A DNA stretch of 64,000 nucleotides. Source: Candidatus Latescibacterota bacterium. GTDB taxonomy: Bacteria > Latescibacterota > UBA2968 > UBA8231. Below, piece after piece: positions 11,079 through 20,989 of the stretch; within the stretch, counting starts at the first letter, position 1; each line of letters starts with the position of its first letter. The translations under genes and the position numbers were made by a program. The notes beneath the pieces were generated by a model. That model worked only from the letters and a program-made list of their open reading frames with translations, was not told the DNA's origin and did no database searches. The DNA is taken from contig CBDAOB010000004.1 in the NCBI GenBank assembly GCA_965197905.1, positions 896,001 to 960,000 of the forward strand. Reading direction: 5' to 3'.

Positions 11079-11843
11079 CTATTCAATCAAGGCACTGCGC
11101 AGCATGTCTACTTGCTTTTGGGAGAGGCCCCCGTCCAAGGCGTATGCCTCTACGCCACCGTATCGTTCTTCAAAGTGCTGAAGCAGTTCGAGCATAGCTT
11201 CGGGCGGGCAATGGTGTTGCCGATACTCCTCTACAGTCTCACGAGGAGTTACGCCAGGTGGAGGTGGGAGTCCTGCCGAATCGCGGTTCGCGAGGAAGTA
11301 GGCACTCAATGCAAAATCTTCGGCTATAACCTCCGCTGGCACACCTACCAGCCCAAGTACCAGAGCGGTTATCACACCGGTGCGGCCCATCCCCGCCCAG
11401 CAGTGGGCCAACGCAGGTAGCACTCCAGGGGATGCTAGAGTCGCCAGGGTCTCAACTATTTGAGGCCGCCTGTAGTTTAATGTCTTGGCGTAGGACTTCA
11501 TGGAACTATCTGACGGCACGTTGAATTCGGGGAAGTCTGCCATGTCAGGAAGCGGCTCGTCTCCATTCATATTCTGGTGGTAGCAGGTAACGACAGATGA
11601 GTTTGCGAAGACGTTTGGCTCTCGCTGGATACCCTTGGTGGATCTGAGATCAATAACCGTGCGTACCCCGTATTCGATGAGAGCAGCCTGAGAACCAAGT
11701 GTCAGATTGTTGAGGTTGTCGGCGCGTAGAAACTTTTTCCAACGTGTTCGTCGTCCATCTGAAGTGGCGTAACCACCTATATCGCGGATGTTGTAGGCTC
11801 CTTCTAACTCCAAGTGCCGTCGGGGCTCTAGATATTTAGCCAT
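11079..11843 (-). CDS. Tyrosine/serine protein phosphatase (Y_phosphatase3/IphP-like)
   Basis: LEGAYNIRDIGGY, VIDLRS and P-loop HCWAGMGRTG. True start taken as MAKYLE at 11843. Confidence 0.85.
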   Translation of the reverse strand: MAKYLEPRRHLELEGAYNIRDIGGYATSDGRRTRWKKFLRADNLNNLTLGSQAALIEYGVRTVIDLRSTKGIQREPNVFANSSVVTCYHQNMNGDEPLPDMADFPEFNVPSDSSMKSYAKTLNYRRPQIVETLATLASPGVLPALAHCWAGMGRTGVITALVLGLVGVPAEVIAEDFALSAYFLANRDSAGLPPPPGVTPRETVEEYRQHHCPPEAMLELLQHFEERYGGVEAYALDGGLSQKQVDMLRSALIE

Positions 11844-11890
11844 TATCTGGTATCTCCCGGGTTGCCGGCCGCGGAATGCCGCCGCCGATC

Positions 11891-13276
11891 TCATTGATAG
11901 GCGATGTATCCGGTCGTGTAGTGACGGTCGTAGCGAAGGAACGCCATACTGTACTCGACATTTCGGAACAAGCGGGTGAAATTCAACAATGAGATTTCGC
12001 CCGGAGCCGGCCGGGGGTGGTATTTGTCGTCCCACCGCAACTCGAATTCTACGGACCAGAAGTTGTCGCCGACAAAGGTCGCTGCCGCCCCGTCGACGTC
12101 CCAGCTGTAATCGTGGCTGTGGCCCTCGCTGAAGTTGCTCCAGCGATCCCTTACCGCTCCTTCGGGGTTCACTGATAAACCGGCAAGTAGCGTTTTGTCC
12201 AGATCGCGATCGAAAGTGAACGAGATCCTGTCGCCGCGGGCGTCGGTCAGTTTGTCTTCCATGGGCAACACCAGCAGGCTTTCGGGGTGGGCGTCGAAGC
12301 AATGTGCGCCCCAGTAAAACGCTTTGTCTGTGTAACCCATCAAAACGTGGGTTTCGACCCGTGGCAACATCGTGGCAAGAGATCCCGAGAATGTGTAGAA
12401 CGAATCGATGCGCCCGGCGCTTTTCCAAACCGCGTCGTCTAATCGTCCGTCGATCTGTGGCGCCGCGGCGAACCTGGGAACATCGATCAGCAGCCGGTGA
12501 TCCCGCAAAAGCTGCTTCCCGCGGTCGCGATCGCCGTGTTCCAAATAAAACGTGCCCATGTAGTAGTTCGCCTGCCTGCTGGCAGGGGCGTACGCCAGCG
12601 CCCGGTTGTAGATGGAATCCGCCAACGAGATGTTGGCTTTGAGAGCAGCCTTTTGCGCTTCCTTTGCCCAAAGGCGGACAAACTCTTCCACGAGGGACAG
12701 CGCGGCTTCACGGGCGTAGCGATCCTGCGACTGGGCGCGTTCGCCGGCGAGCCGGCGCAAGGTTGCGATCTGTTCATCGTTCAACCGACCGAGCACGCTC
12801 CCCAAAGCGAACAGGGCTGGGGTTTGGACCAGGGGCGAGGGATCGGACAGCGCCTGTAAAAAAGGACCATAATATTCGGAGCGCATCCGCATTCCGAGCT
12901 CTTCGGCGATCCGTCCCCGCACCACCGGATCAGGATCGTCAAGCAGGTGTTTGTTGAGGACGTCAGCTACCCGTTCGTTCCCCGACCTCGCCCTGATGCC
13001 GGCCAGGATGGCGGCAACCTCGTCGCGCGGGCGGTCGCCGGCTGGCGATTCCAACGCCGCGATGAGGGGCTCGATCGCTTCGTCCGCGGCCAGGGTGAGC
13101 TCGTGCCTTGCTGCGGCGCGCTCGTCGGGACCGGCGCCGAGCTCGTCGATGCGGTCTTCGACGGAAGGCCCGCAAGCCGCAAGGCAAAGGGCCGCCGCCA
13201 AGCCCACGATCTCCAGGTATCGCCCAGACCGGCCGGCGTGAAGCTCATCGCCCGCAGGGCTTCTTCTTGATGCCAT
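11891..13276 (-). CDS. Lipoprotein with HEAT/TPR repeats and a CBM9-like sugar-binding domain
   Basis: LAAC lipobox; DPDPVVR and DPSPLVQ HEAT repeats; APQIDGRLDDAVW...WSVEF CBM9-like C-terminus. Confidence 0.7.
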   Translation of the reverse strand: MASRRSPAGDELHAGRSGRYLEIVGLAAALCLAACGPSVEDRIDELGAGPDERAAARHELTLAADEAIEPLIAALESPAGDRPRDEVAAILAGIRARSGNERVADVLNKHLLDDPDPVVRGRIAEELGMRMRSEYYGPFLQALSDPSPLVQTPALFALGSVLGRLNDEQIATLRRLAGERAQSQDRYAREAALSLVEEFVRLWAKEAQKAALKANISLADSIYNRALAYAPASRQANYYMGTFYLEHGDRDRGKQLLRDHRLLIDVPRFAAAPQIDGRLDDAVWKSAGRIDSFYTFSGSLATMLPRVETHVLMGYTDKAFYWGAHCFDAHPESLLVLPMEDKLTDARGDRISFTFDRDLDKTLLAGLSVNPEGAVRDRWSNFSEGHSHDYSWDVDGAAATFVGDNFWSVEFELRWDDKYHPRPAPGEISLLNFTRLFRNVEYSMAFLRYDRHYTTGYIAYQ

Positions 13277-13402
13277 TGTCGTCTAAGTCACCGCCGTGGA
13301 ATTTGTGTCCCACTCCTCAGCCCACTCGTGAAACTCCGAGTTGAATCTACAAAACGCCTTGGGTGTTGGCACCCGCCGCCGCCTGATGCATGCCGCCGAG
13401 GC

Positions 13403-14998
13403 CTATAGACTGAACGCGAAAAGGGTCGCCTTGTACATCTCGATGCGAATCGCCAGCGAATCCGACAACCGCGCCACGTTGTCGTTGCCCCGCCAGGTGA
13501 CAACCCGGTCCAGCTCGTCTCCCTGCAGGACGTCGCAGTCGGCGAAGCTGTACCCTTCCATTGCGCTGAGAGAACCGGACAGATGTGGTTTCGGTCCGAC
13601 ATGGGTGATAAGCTCGACCTTCATGAAACCACCGGTCTCCGTCTTGTAGTTCAGGCGCAACTGTCTCGGCGGCTCGTTCGGGTCGGCGAGCGGCGGAAAA
13701 CGATTGTGTATCGGCGCCGGGATGGCGTCGGGGCAGTCGGGGGGTGAGCGGTAGAGGTCCTGGCGCAAGGTAAGCCTTCCGTCCGCTTTGGCGCGGATAC
13801 CCGCGATGCGATCCTTCTCCCACAGGGCGTAGCGAATGGGGAGATTCACGTGGGCACTGTCGTGCGCACCCTTGCGGTCCGTACCCCAATAGGTGATCGC
13901 GCAGCGTCCGTCCGGCATTTCCAGCAGCCCGGGGCCGGCGTCGAGTGCGGCTCCGTAGCCGGCGCCATCCGCATAGTTGTCGATGAGGTGGTGGGTGCGG
14001 TCGGGCCGCTCCCAGTTGATGCCGTCGTGGCTGACCCCGAGCTGTATGTCCTTGGTCCCTGCTGACTGCGCGAACCGCGACAGGAACATCAAGTGCAGAT
14101 CGTTGCGCCCCGGATAGCGGGTGTAGGCGTGATTGTAGAAGGAGACGTCCGGCGGGTCGAGGGCGTCATTCATCACGGCCGGCTCTTCCGGCGTGAAGGT
14201 GCGGAAGTCGTCGCTCACGCAGCGGCCGGCGCAGCGCCGGCCGGCAATATGAAAGCGGCAGTAACCTACGTACTGCCCGAGCACCTCGTCATAGAAAACG
14301 ATGTTGTCGCCGTCGACGAACTCCTCGAGGAGCGGTTTCTCGAGATGTGTCCAAATGAACCCGTCAGGTGAGACGGCACCCATCATGAAGGATTTCAACG
14401 TTCCCCACTGGCCCTCGAACTTCTCGCTATTCCACTCCTGAAGGTGTATGTGATCCTGAATATCCGGGTTCTCCGGGCCGCCCATGCGGGCGACCGCCTC
14501 CTTGTCCAGTTGCACTTCCACGTAGTTGCCATCTGCATCCTTCTCGCGCGCGTAGAAGCCGCCCTTGCCTCCGATCGCCTTGAAGCGCTCCTCCGGTGGC
14601 GCCGACGGATCTTCGAATATGCGCCCGTACCTGGTGGTCACGATGTTGTTCTTCGTCGACCCCTCGAACTCCACCACCCCAAACTCAGGTTTGGTCCAGT
14701 TGTAGCCATCTTCGCTTTGCGCCCGGCAAAGACCTGCGGGTGTCGTGTAATCGATGATGTACAGACCATCCTTGAAGATGAAAGAGGTGACCGGGCCGCC
14801 TCCATCTTGCTCCCAGGGTCGATCCGGCGGCAGTATCGGCTCACTCCTTTCCGCCGGCTGTGCCTCGATCTCGATTCCCATGGGCACATCCCACGATCGC
14901 GACATGCCATCCTTGAATCCGGCGTAGCCGGCGTGAACATACCACCAGTCGAGTAGCGGGCCTGTCGTCGGATTTCCCGTAGTCGGATCAGTTACCAT
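13403..14998 (-). CDS. GH32/GH43-like five-bladed propeller protein with C-terminal beta-sandwich
   Basis: SEDGYNWTKP, FEDPSAPPEERFK, SPDGFIW and SHDGINW motifs; C-terminal 'GDELDRVVTW..IRIEMYKATLFAF'. Confidence 0.65.
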   Translation of the reverse strand: MVTDPTTGNPTTGPLLDWWYVHAGYAGFKDGMSRSWDVPMGIEIEAQPAERSEPILPPDRPWEQDGGGPVTSFIFKDGLYIIDYTTPAGLCRAQSEDGYNWTKPEFGVVEFEGSTKNNIVTTRYGRIFEDPSAPPEERFKAIGGKGGFYAREKDADGNYVEVQLDKEAVARMGGPENPDIQDHIHLQEWNSEKFEGQWGTLKSFMMGAVSPDGFIWTHLEKPLLEEFVDGDNIVFYDEVLGQYVGYCRFHIAGRRCAGRCVSDDFRTFTPEEPAVMNDALDPPDVSFYNHAYTRYPGRNDLHLMFLSRFAQSAGTKDIQLGVSHDGINWERPDRTHHLIDNYADGAGYGAALDAGPGLLEMPDGRCAITYWGTDRKGAHDSAHVNLPIRYALWEKDRIAGIRAKADGRLTLRQDLYRSPPDCPDAIPAPIHNRFPPLADPNEPPRQLRLNYKTETGGFMKVELITHVGPKPHLSGSLSAMEGYSFADCDVLQGDELDRVVTWRGNDNVARLSDSLAIRIEMYKATLFAFSL

Positions 14999-15205
14999 AA
15001 GACTATTCTCCTCTCAGACTGTGCCTGGCTCCATCCGCCTCTGCTCAGCTGCTGAACCGAGGTTGCTCAGTGCAGCTCGTTCCTCAGCGACAGGTCTACG
15101 GCGTCGCCCGTCTCTTGCTGGTGGCAGAGATGATATGGAGATTTGACGGGCCCACCAAAAGTAGTGGGTCGGAATCGAAACGATATCAACGCGAGGAAAA
15201 CAACC

Positions 15206-16708
15206 ATGAGTACCTCAGACGCAGGCCAGCTTCGCGCGGGCGCCGCGAAGGTGGAGATCAGCGGAACCGGCGAACGCCCTGTCAACGACCCGCTGTACGC
15301 CAGAGCATTGGTGCTGACCGATGGCGTGACCACAGCCGTTCTTGTCTCCGTGGATGTCGTGACGATCGCCGAGCTCGGCATCGTTCAGGACGACTTCCTC
15401 CCCAATGTGCGTTCGCAACTGGAGACCGAGCTGAACCTGGAGCCGGCGAACCTGCTTATCAGCGCCACCCACTGTCATGGCGAGGTGAGCACCGATATCG
15501 AGCAACGGACGATTCAAGCGGTGAAAGAGGCCTGGGGAAAGATGGTTCCCGTCTCCGTCGGGACGGGCAGAGGTCACGAAGACAGAATTATGGAGAACCG
15601 GCGGGTCAAACTGAGGAACGGCCGCGAGGCGGATGTGCGCCAGAACTACTGTTTGCCCCCGGACGACCAGGTTGTGGGTGTTGGTCCGGTCGATCCGGAA
15701 ATCGGGATTCTGCGACTCGATCGGGAGGATGGACGGACGCTGGCGGTTGTCTACAACTTTGCCTGCCATCCGATTCAGGAGGTGCCCAGCGGAGCAAACA
15801 CGGCTGACATATCTGGCATTGCCTCCGGCGTGATCGAGGAAAATCTGAGCGATGGTACCATCGCCTTGTTTACGCAGGGTTGTGGCGCTGATGTCAATCC
15901 GGCCTTCTACAAGGGGAACGACATCGACTTTCTCCGCGACGCGGAGCCGCTGGGAAACCGGCTGGGTCTAAACACGTTGAGAGCTCTGAGAAAGATCCAA
16001 ACCGGCGAGGACGGGAGGCTCGAGCTGATTAACGAGACACTCGAGCTGCCGCGGGCCGACCTCACCCAACTCATCGACGAGATGGAGGGGGAGCAGCGAA
16101 GGCTGCTGGAGACTTTGCCCCTCTCGCTGACCTCTTCCACGACGAGGGGAGAGATATTCCTGAAAGGCACGAATCTCAACTTCAAGACGTTCCTTACCCT
16201 GTTTGTGAAACACAAACTCTTTCCCGAGTATCCATCCTATTACGCGTATCGGTATGTCCACGAAGAGATGATGGGGAGGGACGATCTGGTACGACTGGAT
16301 GCCAATAAAAAGAGGAACATAGATCACTACCTGGAAAGCATCTACACCATGGAGGAGCTGACGAAAATCCAGATAAACATCGCTATGCTGAAGAAGAAAC
16401 AGGCGTCGAACGCGGCCTCCGAAACGGGAACGATCAAGGCGGAGGTGGTTGGGCTGCGAGTAGGGGATTTTGCGCTTGTCACGTTTCCCGGCGAGCTCCC
16501 CGTAGAGATAGGGCTCAATATCAAAAAGAGATCTCCCCACAAAAACACCTTCGTCGCCGGTGTTACCAACGGATATCTCTTTTACACGCCCACGGTCGAA
16601 CAGCTGAAGAACCGGGGTAAAGCCCAAGAGGACACCGACTGCCTGGTTGCACCGGAATGGCAGGCGCTGTTCGAAAGCAAGGTGGCTGAGATACTGAAGA
16701 AGCTATGA
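15206..16708 (+). CDS. Neutral/alkaline ceramidase-like hypothetical hydrolase
   Basis: VNDPLYARALVL, ISATHCH, YNFACHP, FTQGCGADVNP and FPGEL motifs; GAGG RBS before ATG 15206. Confidence 0.7.
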   Translation: MSTSDAGQLRAGAAKVEISGTGERPVNDPLYARALVLTDGVTTAVLVSVDVVTIAELGIVQDDFLPNVRSQLETELNLEPANLLISATHCHGEVSTDIEQRTIQAVKEAWGKMVPVSVGTGRGHEDRIMENRRVKLRNGREADVRQNYCLPPDDQVVGVGPVDPEIGILRLDREDGRTLAVVYNFACHPIQEVPSGANTADISGIASGVIEENLSDGTIALFTQGCGADVNPAFYKGNDIDFLRDAEPLGNRLGLNTLRALRKIQTGEDGRLELINETLELPRADLTQLIDEMEGEQRRLLETLPLSLTSSTTRGEIFLKGTNLNFKTFLTLFVKHKLFPEYPSYYAYRYVHEEMMGRDDLVRLDANKKRNIDHYLESIYTMEELTKIQINIAMLKKKQASNAASETGTIKAEVVGLRVGDFALVTFPGELPVEIGLNIKKRSPHKNTFVAGVTNGYLFYTPTVEQLKNRGKAQEDTDCLVAPEWQALFESKVAEILKKL

Positions 16709-16787
16709 TACGTTTCTCACCGATCACGTTCGATCCGCCTCGGCCTGACTTCTACCAGGCAATTAAGAATGAACTGGAGATGCCATC

Positions 16788-18339
16788 ATGATGGACGCGG
16801 AACGAGAAAAGGCACGCTGGCGCCGCCGCCGGATCATTTACAACAACGACGGCGACGACGCGATCGAGGCGCGCTCCGGAGTAGAGCACGAGTATGATGT
16901 TTCCGAAGCCCTGACGGTGCGCGCCAGCGGAGATCTGGTACAGGATTTCCTCGATGCCCGCAGCACGCCCCTGATCGGCTCGCAGGTGGACAGCAACTGG
17001 TACGCCAGTTGCATGGCGGGTCTCACCTTTTCCCACCACACCAAACTCGGCGGGTTCTACGGCAAGGAGATCCCGCTGGAGCTGGTGGAGAGATATGGCC
17101 GCGATACCCTTGAGATCCAGCTGGACTTCAGCCACGAGTACGGCATGGAAGCAGCTTGGTGCCTGCATGAACGATATCCACGACGCCTTTCCACCTGGAA
17201 GCCGCCGCTGGACCTACGGGCTAGCGGCGTTCAAACAGGAGCATCCCGACTGTATGATGGGTGAGCAAGGCGACTGGGACAAGTATGGTCAACACCACCA
17301 CCCGAAAGGACAATGGACGCGATTGGATTTCGCCATTCCGGAGGTGCGCGAGCACATCTTCCGCATCATCGAAGAGGTGGCGGAGAACTACGACGTGGAC
17401 CTCATCGGCATGGAGTTCTTCAAGTACTGGCCGTTCTTCCGCGAGTCGCGGGATGGAGATCCCGTCGAACCCGAACACGTGGAGATAATGAACGATCTTC
17501 TCCGCCGCATTCGGCGCATGGCGGACGACGTTGCCAGCCGCCGCGGGCGCCCGCTGCTACTGGCTGCCCATACTCCATTCAGCCTGGCGGATTGTATACA
17601 CGTTGGCGTGGACCTGGAAACGTGGCTCCAGGAGGGATTGATCGACCAACTCATGCCCGGCGGCAACTTGGAATCGGTGTTTTGCAGTTCCTACAGCGAC
17701 ATCATCGCCCTGGGACACAAGTACGAGGTCCCGGTCTATCCCTGTATGTCGTGGGGCTTCTGGGATCGCTGGGCTTTTCTCGGACTGAGCGATGGCAAAT
17801 ACAGACAGTTCAGCTTGTGGATAGAGACCCTCTACGGGGGACAACCCGAACGCGCCGGCAAACCGTCGTTCATCCTTGTGTTCAACGAGTGGGAGGGCAC
17901 ACTCGCCGCGGCGCGCGGTGCCGCCTCGAATCTGTTCAACGCCGGCGCCGATGGACTCTACCTCTTCAATCCCGCCTTTGGCGAGCCGCAATGGTGGCGC
18001 GAGATCGGCGAGGTAGCGACAATGGCCGGTAAAGACCGTATTTATGGCGTCGACCGCTTTGAAGGCGCGCGGAGCATCGATTTCAGCCTGCATCTGTGGG
18101 ACTGGGTTCCAGGTAACGACCTCTCTGTGAAGCTGAACGGCGCAGCCGTCGATGGGCTGCAACCGACCGACCCGGACCGAAACCCGGAGGAAGGTCAGTG
18201 GTTGCAGGGCAATCTCGAGGCCAAGCAGATCAATCGAGGTGAGAATCAGCTGGAAGTGGGGGTGAAAAAACGCGGTGGGTCCGCCTCATCTCCAGTCGTT
18301 CTGGATACGGTGCAATTGCGCATTCTGTGCGAATCCTGA
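16788..18339 (+). CDS. Family-10-like (GHL10) glycoside hydrolase-like protein; 2-bp frameshift at ~17167
   Basis: RRRRIIYNNDG, (R)MNDIHD, LDFAIPEVRE and GADGLYLFN motifs; ORFs 16788-17264 and 17095-18339. Confidence 0.7.
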
Positions 18340-18419
18340 GCGTCGCTGCCTGCCGCGGTAACGCCGAGCTTGAGTCGGGCGCCGCTGTTATCGTCCGTCG
18401 TGGGCGGTACTTTTGGCAA

Positions 18420-19496
18420 AAGCGACGTTCAGGCGCGCCCGAAATAGATTCGCGCCAGCGGTTCGGGGTCGTTTCCCATGGCCAGCCGTCAGCGCTAGGT
18501 CCCATAATTCTTGAGGAAATGAGAAGCACAATTTCACAGGCAACCACAGGGGAATGGAAAATGAGCCAGACACCATACCGAGTGGCCCCACCCGGATTTA
18601 CGGAGGAGCAGTGGCAGACCTTCGAAGAGGCATCGTCGTCATCGAGGACGCCCTGACCAACGACGAAGTGCGGCAATATATAGAAGCGATCGACCGGGTG
18701 GCGACCACCCTGCCCGAGTACCGCGATAACGCGTACTGCAACCCGGAAAACATCGTCGAGTTCGACCCGGTCTTCACCGGCCTGATCGACCACCCGCGCC
18801 ACATCGGTTTCGCCTACGACCTGTACGGCGAATTGCTCAAGCTGCACCAGAGCCAGTTTCTTCTGCGTCCCCCCGGCGGCAATGAGTACAATTCCTGGCA
18901 CCCCGATCCCCCCCTTGCCCTGCCTTACGGCACCTTCTCGCCCACATTGCCGCTGCAGATCAAAATCGGCTACTGGCTCACCGATTTACCGCGCCAGAAG
19001 ATGGGCAACCTGGTGGTTTTGCCCGGCAGTCACCGGCAGCAGTACCTGGATACCTACTACACCCACGAAAGCGCGCCCGGAGAGCGCGTCATGCGCTTGC
19101 AGAAGGGCGCCCTTACCGTCATGAATTCGAACATCTGGCACCGGGTAGAGCCCAACGAGAGCGAGGTGACGCGCAAGAACATCTTCGTCGCCTACTGTCC
19201 GGCCTGGGTTACGTCAACCGATCGCATACTTTCCGATCCTGAGTGGCTCGAAAGCCTCAACCGCGAGCAGCGCATCATCATGCGCAACTATGACCAGGCC
19301 TACCAGTATGCCAAGCCGCCGAATGAGGACTTTCCGCTCTTTCTGGATCGCGACACCGGCCTGGACCGTGATCCCGACCTTTACCGCGAACACGTGGGCC
19401 TGAGCCGCCGCAAGCGCCTAACGGCGGCAGAAAAGCGTCTGGTCCAGGCGGCAGTGTAGAGAGAGTATGCGGCGGCATATAAGCGACGTTCAGGCG
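18420..19496 (+). repeat. 16-bp exact direct repeat AAGCGACGTTCAGGCG (18420-18435 and 19481-19496) bracketing a PhyH gene
   Basis: Read directly from the sequence. Confidence 0.7.
18561..19459 (+). CDS. PhyH-family dioxygenase; frameshift at ~18630
   Basis: MSQTPYRVAPPGFTEEQWQTFEE, then GIVVIEDAL..WHPD..LPGSH..IWH. Close paralog of 37200-38153. Confidence 0.85.
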
Positions 19497-20803
19497 TGCG
19501 CAAGGTCGAGCTCAAGGATCTTCACCACATCATCGTCCACCGCGACGAGCACATGTATTTCTACGCCACCAACAGAGGCGGCATCTGGAACTTCGGCGAT
19601 GGCGAGATCGCCGTCGCCTATCTGGCCGCGCCCGTGGATTACAGCGTCATGCGGGAAGGTCCCAACAAGAACTGGTCGCGGCACTGCGGCGGGCCTCGCA
19701 GCATGTATCGTCCCCACGAGCGCTGGGGCAGCGAGTCGGGCTGTATCATCAGCCGCTCCTTCGACAACGGCGAGACCTGGCCCGATGACCAACGCCAATG
19801 GATCTGGAACAACGATCGCACCACCGACGAGATTCTCGACTGGCTGCGACCGCGAGGCCGTTCGGAGCGCGAAGAGATCGACATGGGCGCCACCGATTCC
19901 ATTATCCACTTCTGCCCTGCGGTGTATCTCAAGCCTCCTATCGGCAGTGTCGGGCGCGATTCGAACAGCTTCGACCTGGGTCGCCGGCAACACCTACCGA
20001 CCTTCAGCCTGCGCAGCGGGGACCGCGGTCGAACCTGGGAAAACCATGCGACGGTGATCGACAGCCCATCCTGGGCGCCTAATGGTGGGTACATGGGTGC
20101 GAATCTCGGTTGCGTCCGCTTCGACAACGGAGTTCTCGGCCATATCGGCGCCGTCTACTGGCGACACGTGCTCTGTTACTACGTCAGCTATGACAACGGG
20201 ATCTCGTGGGAGTACTGCAGCGATGTGGTTCGCGCGAGCCCGCACCTAATCCGCTCGGCGCCGGGCGAGGAAGGGGTCGGCTATACCTATCCGGGGGTGC
20301 ACCGACTACCCGACGGGCGTCTGATGGCCTGCATGCACAAGATGCCTCCCGAAATGCCCGGTGTTGCCTTTTCCGCGGACGACGGCATGACCTGGTCTGA
20401 GCCCCAGTTTGTGAGCAGCCCGGGCAATCGCTTCGGCAACATGAGCGATCCTGAACCCGAGTGCCCGTTGAACGAACCGTCCCGTTTCAATCGCTGGCGA
20501 TGCCCCGTGGCTCTGGTGCTGCGCGACGGTCGAATCCTCGTTCTTTTTGCGCGCCGTACCCCCAGCCTGGGCAACCGCGGAATCCTGGGCGTGGTGAGCG
20601 AGGACCTAGGCGAAACCTGGAGCGAGGAATTCGTGGTGCGGGGCGATGCCTACAGCTACGACATGGGTTACCCGGTGCCTACTGAACTGCCCGACGGCCG
20701 TATTTTCGTGGCCTACTGGTTCTGCGCCAAAGAACAGGACGAACCGATCGAGGACGTGCAGATCGTGCGCCACATCGCGGGAAGCTTTTTCAGATTGGAC
20801 TGA
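19496..20803 (+). CDS. Sialidase-like (BNR/Asp-box) protein
   Basis: Asp boxes SFDNGETW, SGDRGRTW, SYDNGISW, SADDGMTW and SEDLGETW; DMGYP. Confidence 0.8.
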   Translation: MRKVELKDLHHIIVHRDEHMYFYATNRGGIWNFGDGEIAVAYLAAPVDYSVMREGPNKNWSRHCGGPRSMYRPHERWGSESGCIISRSFDNGETWPDDQRQWIWNNDRTTDEILDWLRPRGRSEREEIDMGATDSIIHFCPAVYLKPPIGSVGRDSNSFDLGRRQHLPTFSLRSGDRGRTWENHATVIDSPSWAPNGGYMGANLGCVRFDNGVLGHIGAVYWRHVLCYYVSYDNGISWEYCSDVVRASPHLIRSAPGEEGVGYTYPGVHRLPDGRLMACMHKMPPEMPGVAFSADDGMTWSEPQFVSSPGNRFGNMSDPEPECPLNEPSRFNRWRCPVALVLRDGRILVLFARRTPSLGNRGILGVVSEDLGETWSEEFVVRGDAYSYDMGYPVPTELPDGRIFVAYWFCAKEQDEPIEDVQIVRHIAGSFFRLD

Positions 20804-20989
20804 CCGGCCAATTGCTAACGGGCGCGTTCCCGCTCAGGATCGATCGGGCGAATCGTCAGCATCTTTCCTCTACTCGGGGTTTGCACGAATTCGCGCGCCG
20901 CCTTTCTAGTTGCAATGGCGCAGACTTTATCCTGTCTCTGGTCGCCGGCATAAACAATGGCAAGTCTGTAGCATGTGCAGACTGTACCT

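Noticed and set aside
11844..12671. Long N-terminal extension of the phosphatase ORF (530 aa)
   Set aside because: It overlaps the HEAT/CBM9 gene in another frame, and family similarity starts at MAKYLE (11843).
15067..15120. Possible sulfatase C-terminal stump (QQETGDAVDL)
   Set aside because: Similar to QQETDD at the end of the 52187 sulfatase but too short to support.
18383..18410. Additional weak motif-like matches (GTTATCG at ~18386, CGATTTGCGGCGAGG at ~41248, TCCTATAC at ~31610, TCCTATAG at ~25943)
   Set aside because: Each matches only one sub-block of the motif without the conserved spacing.
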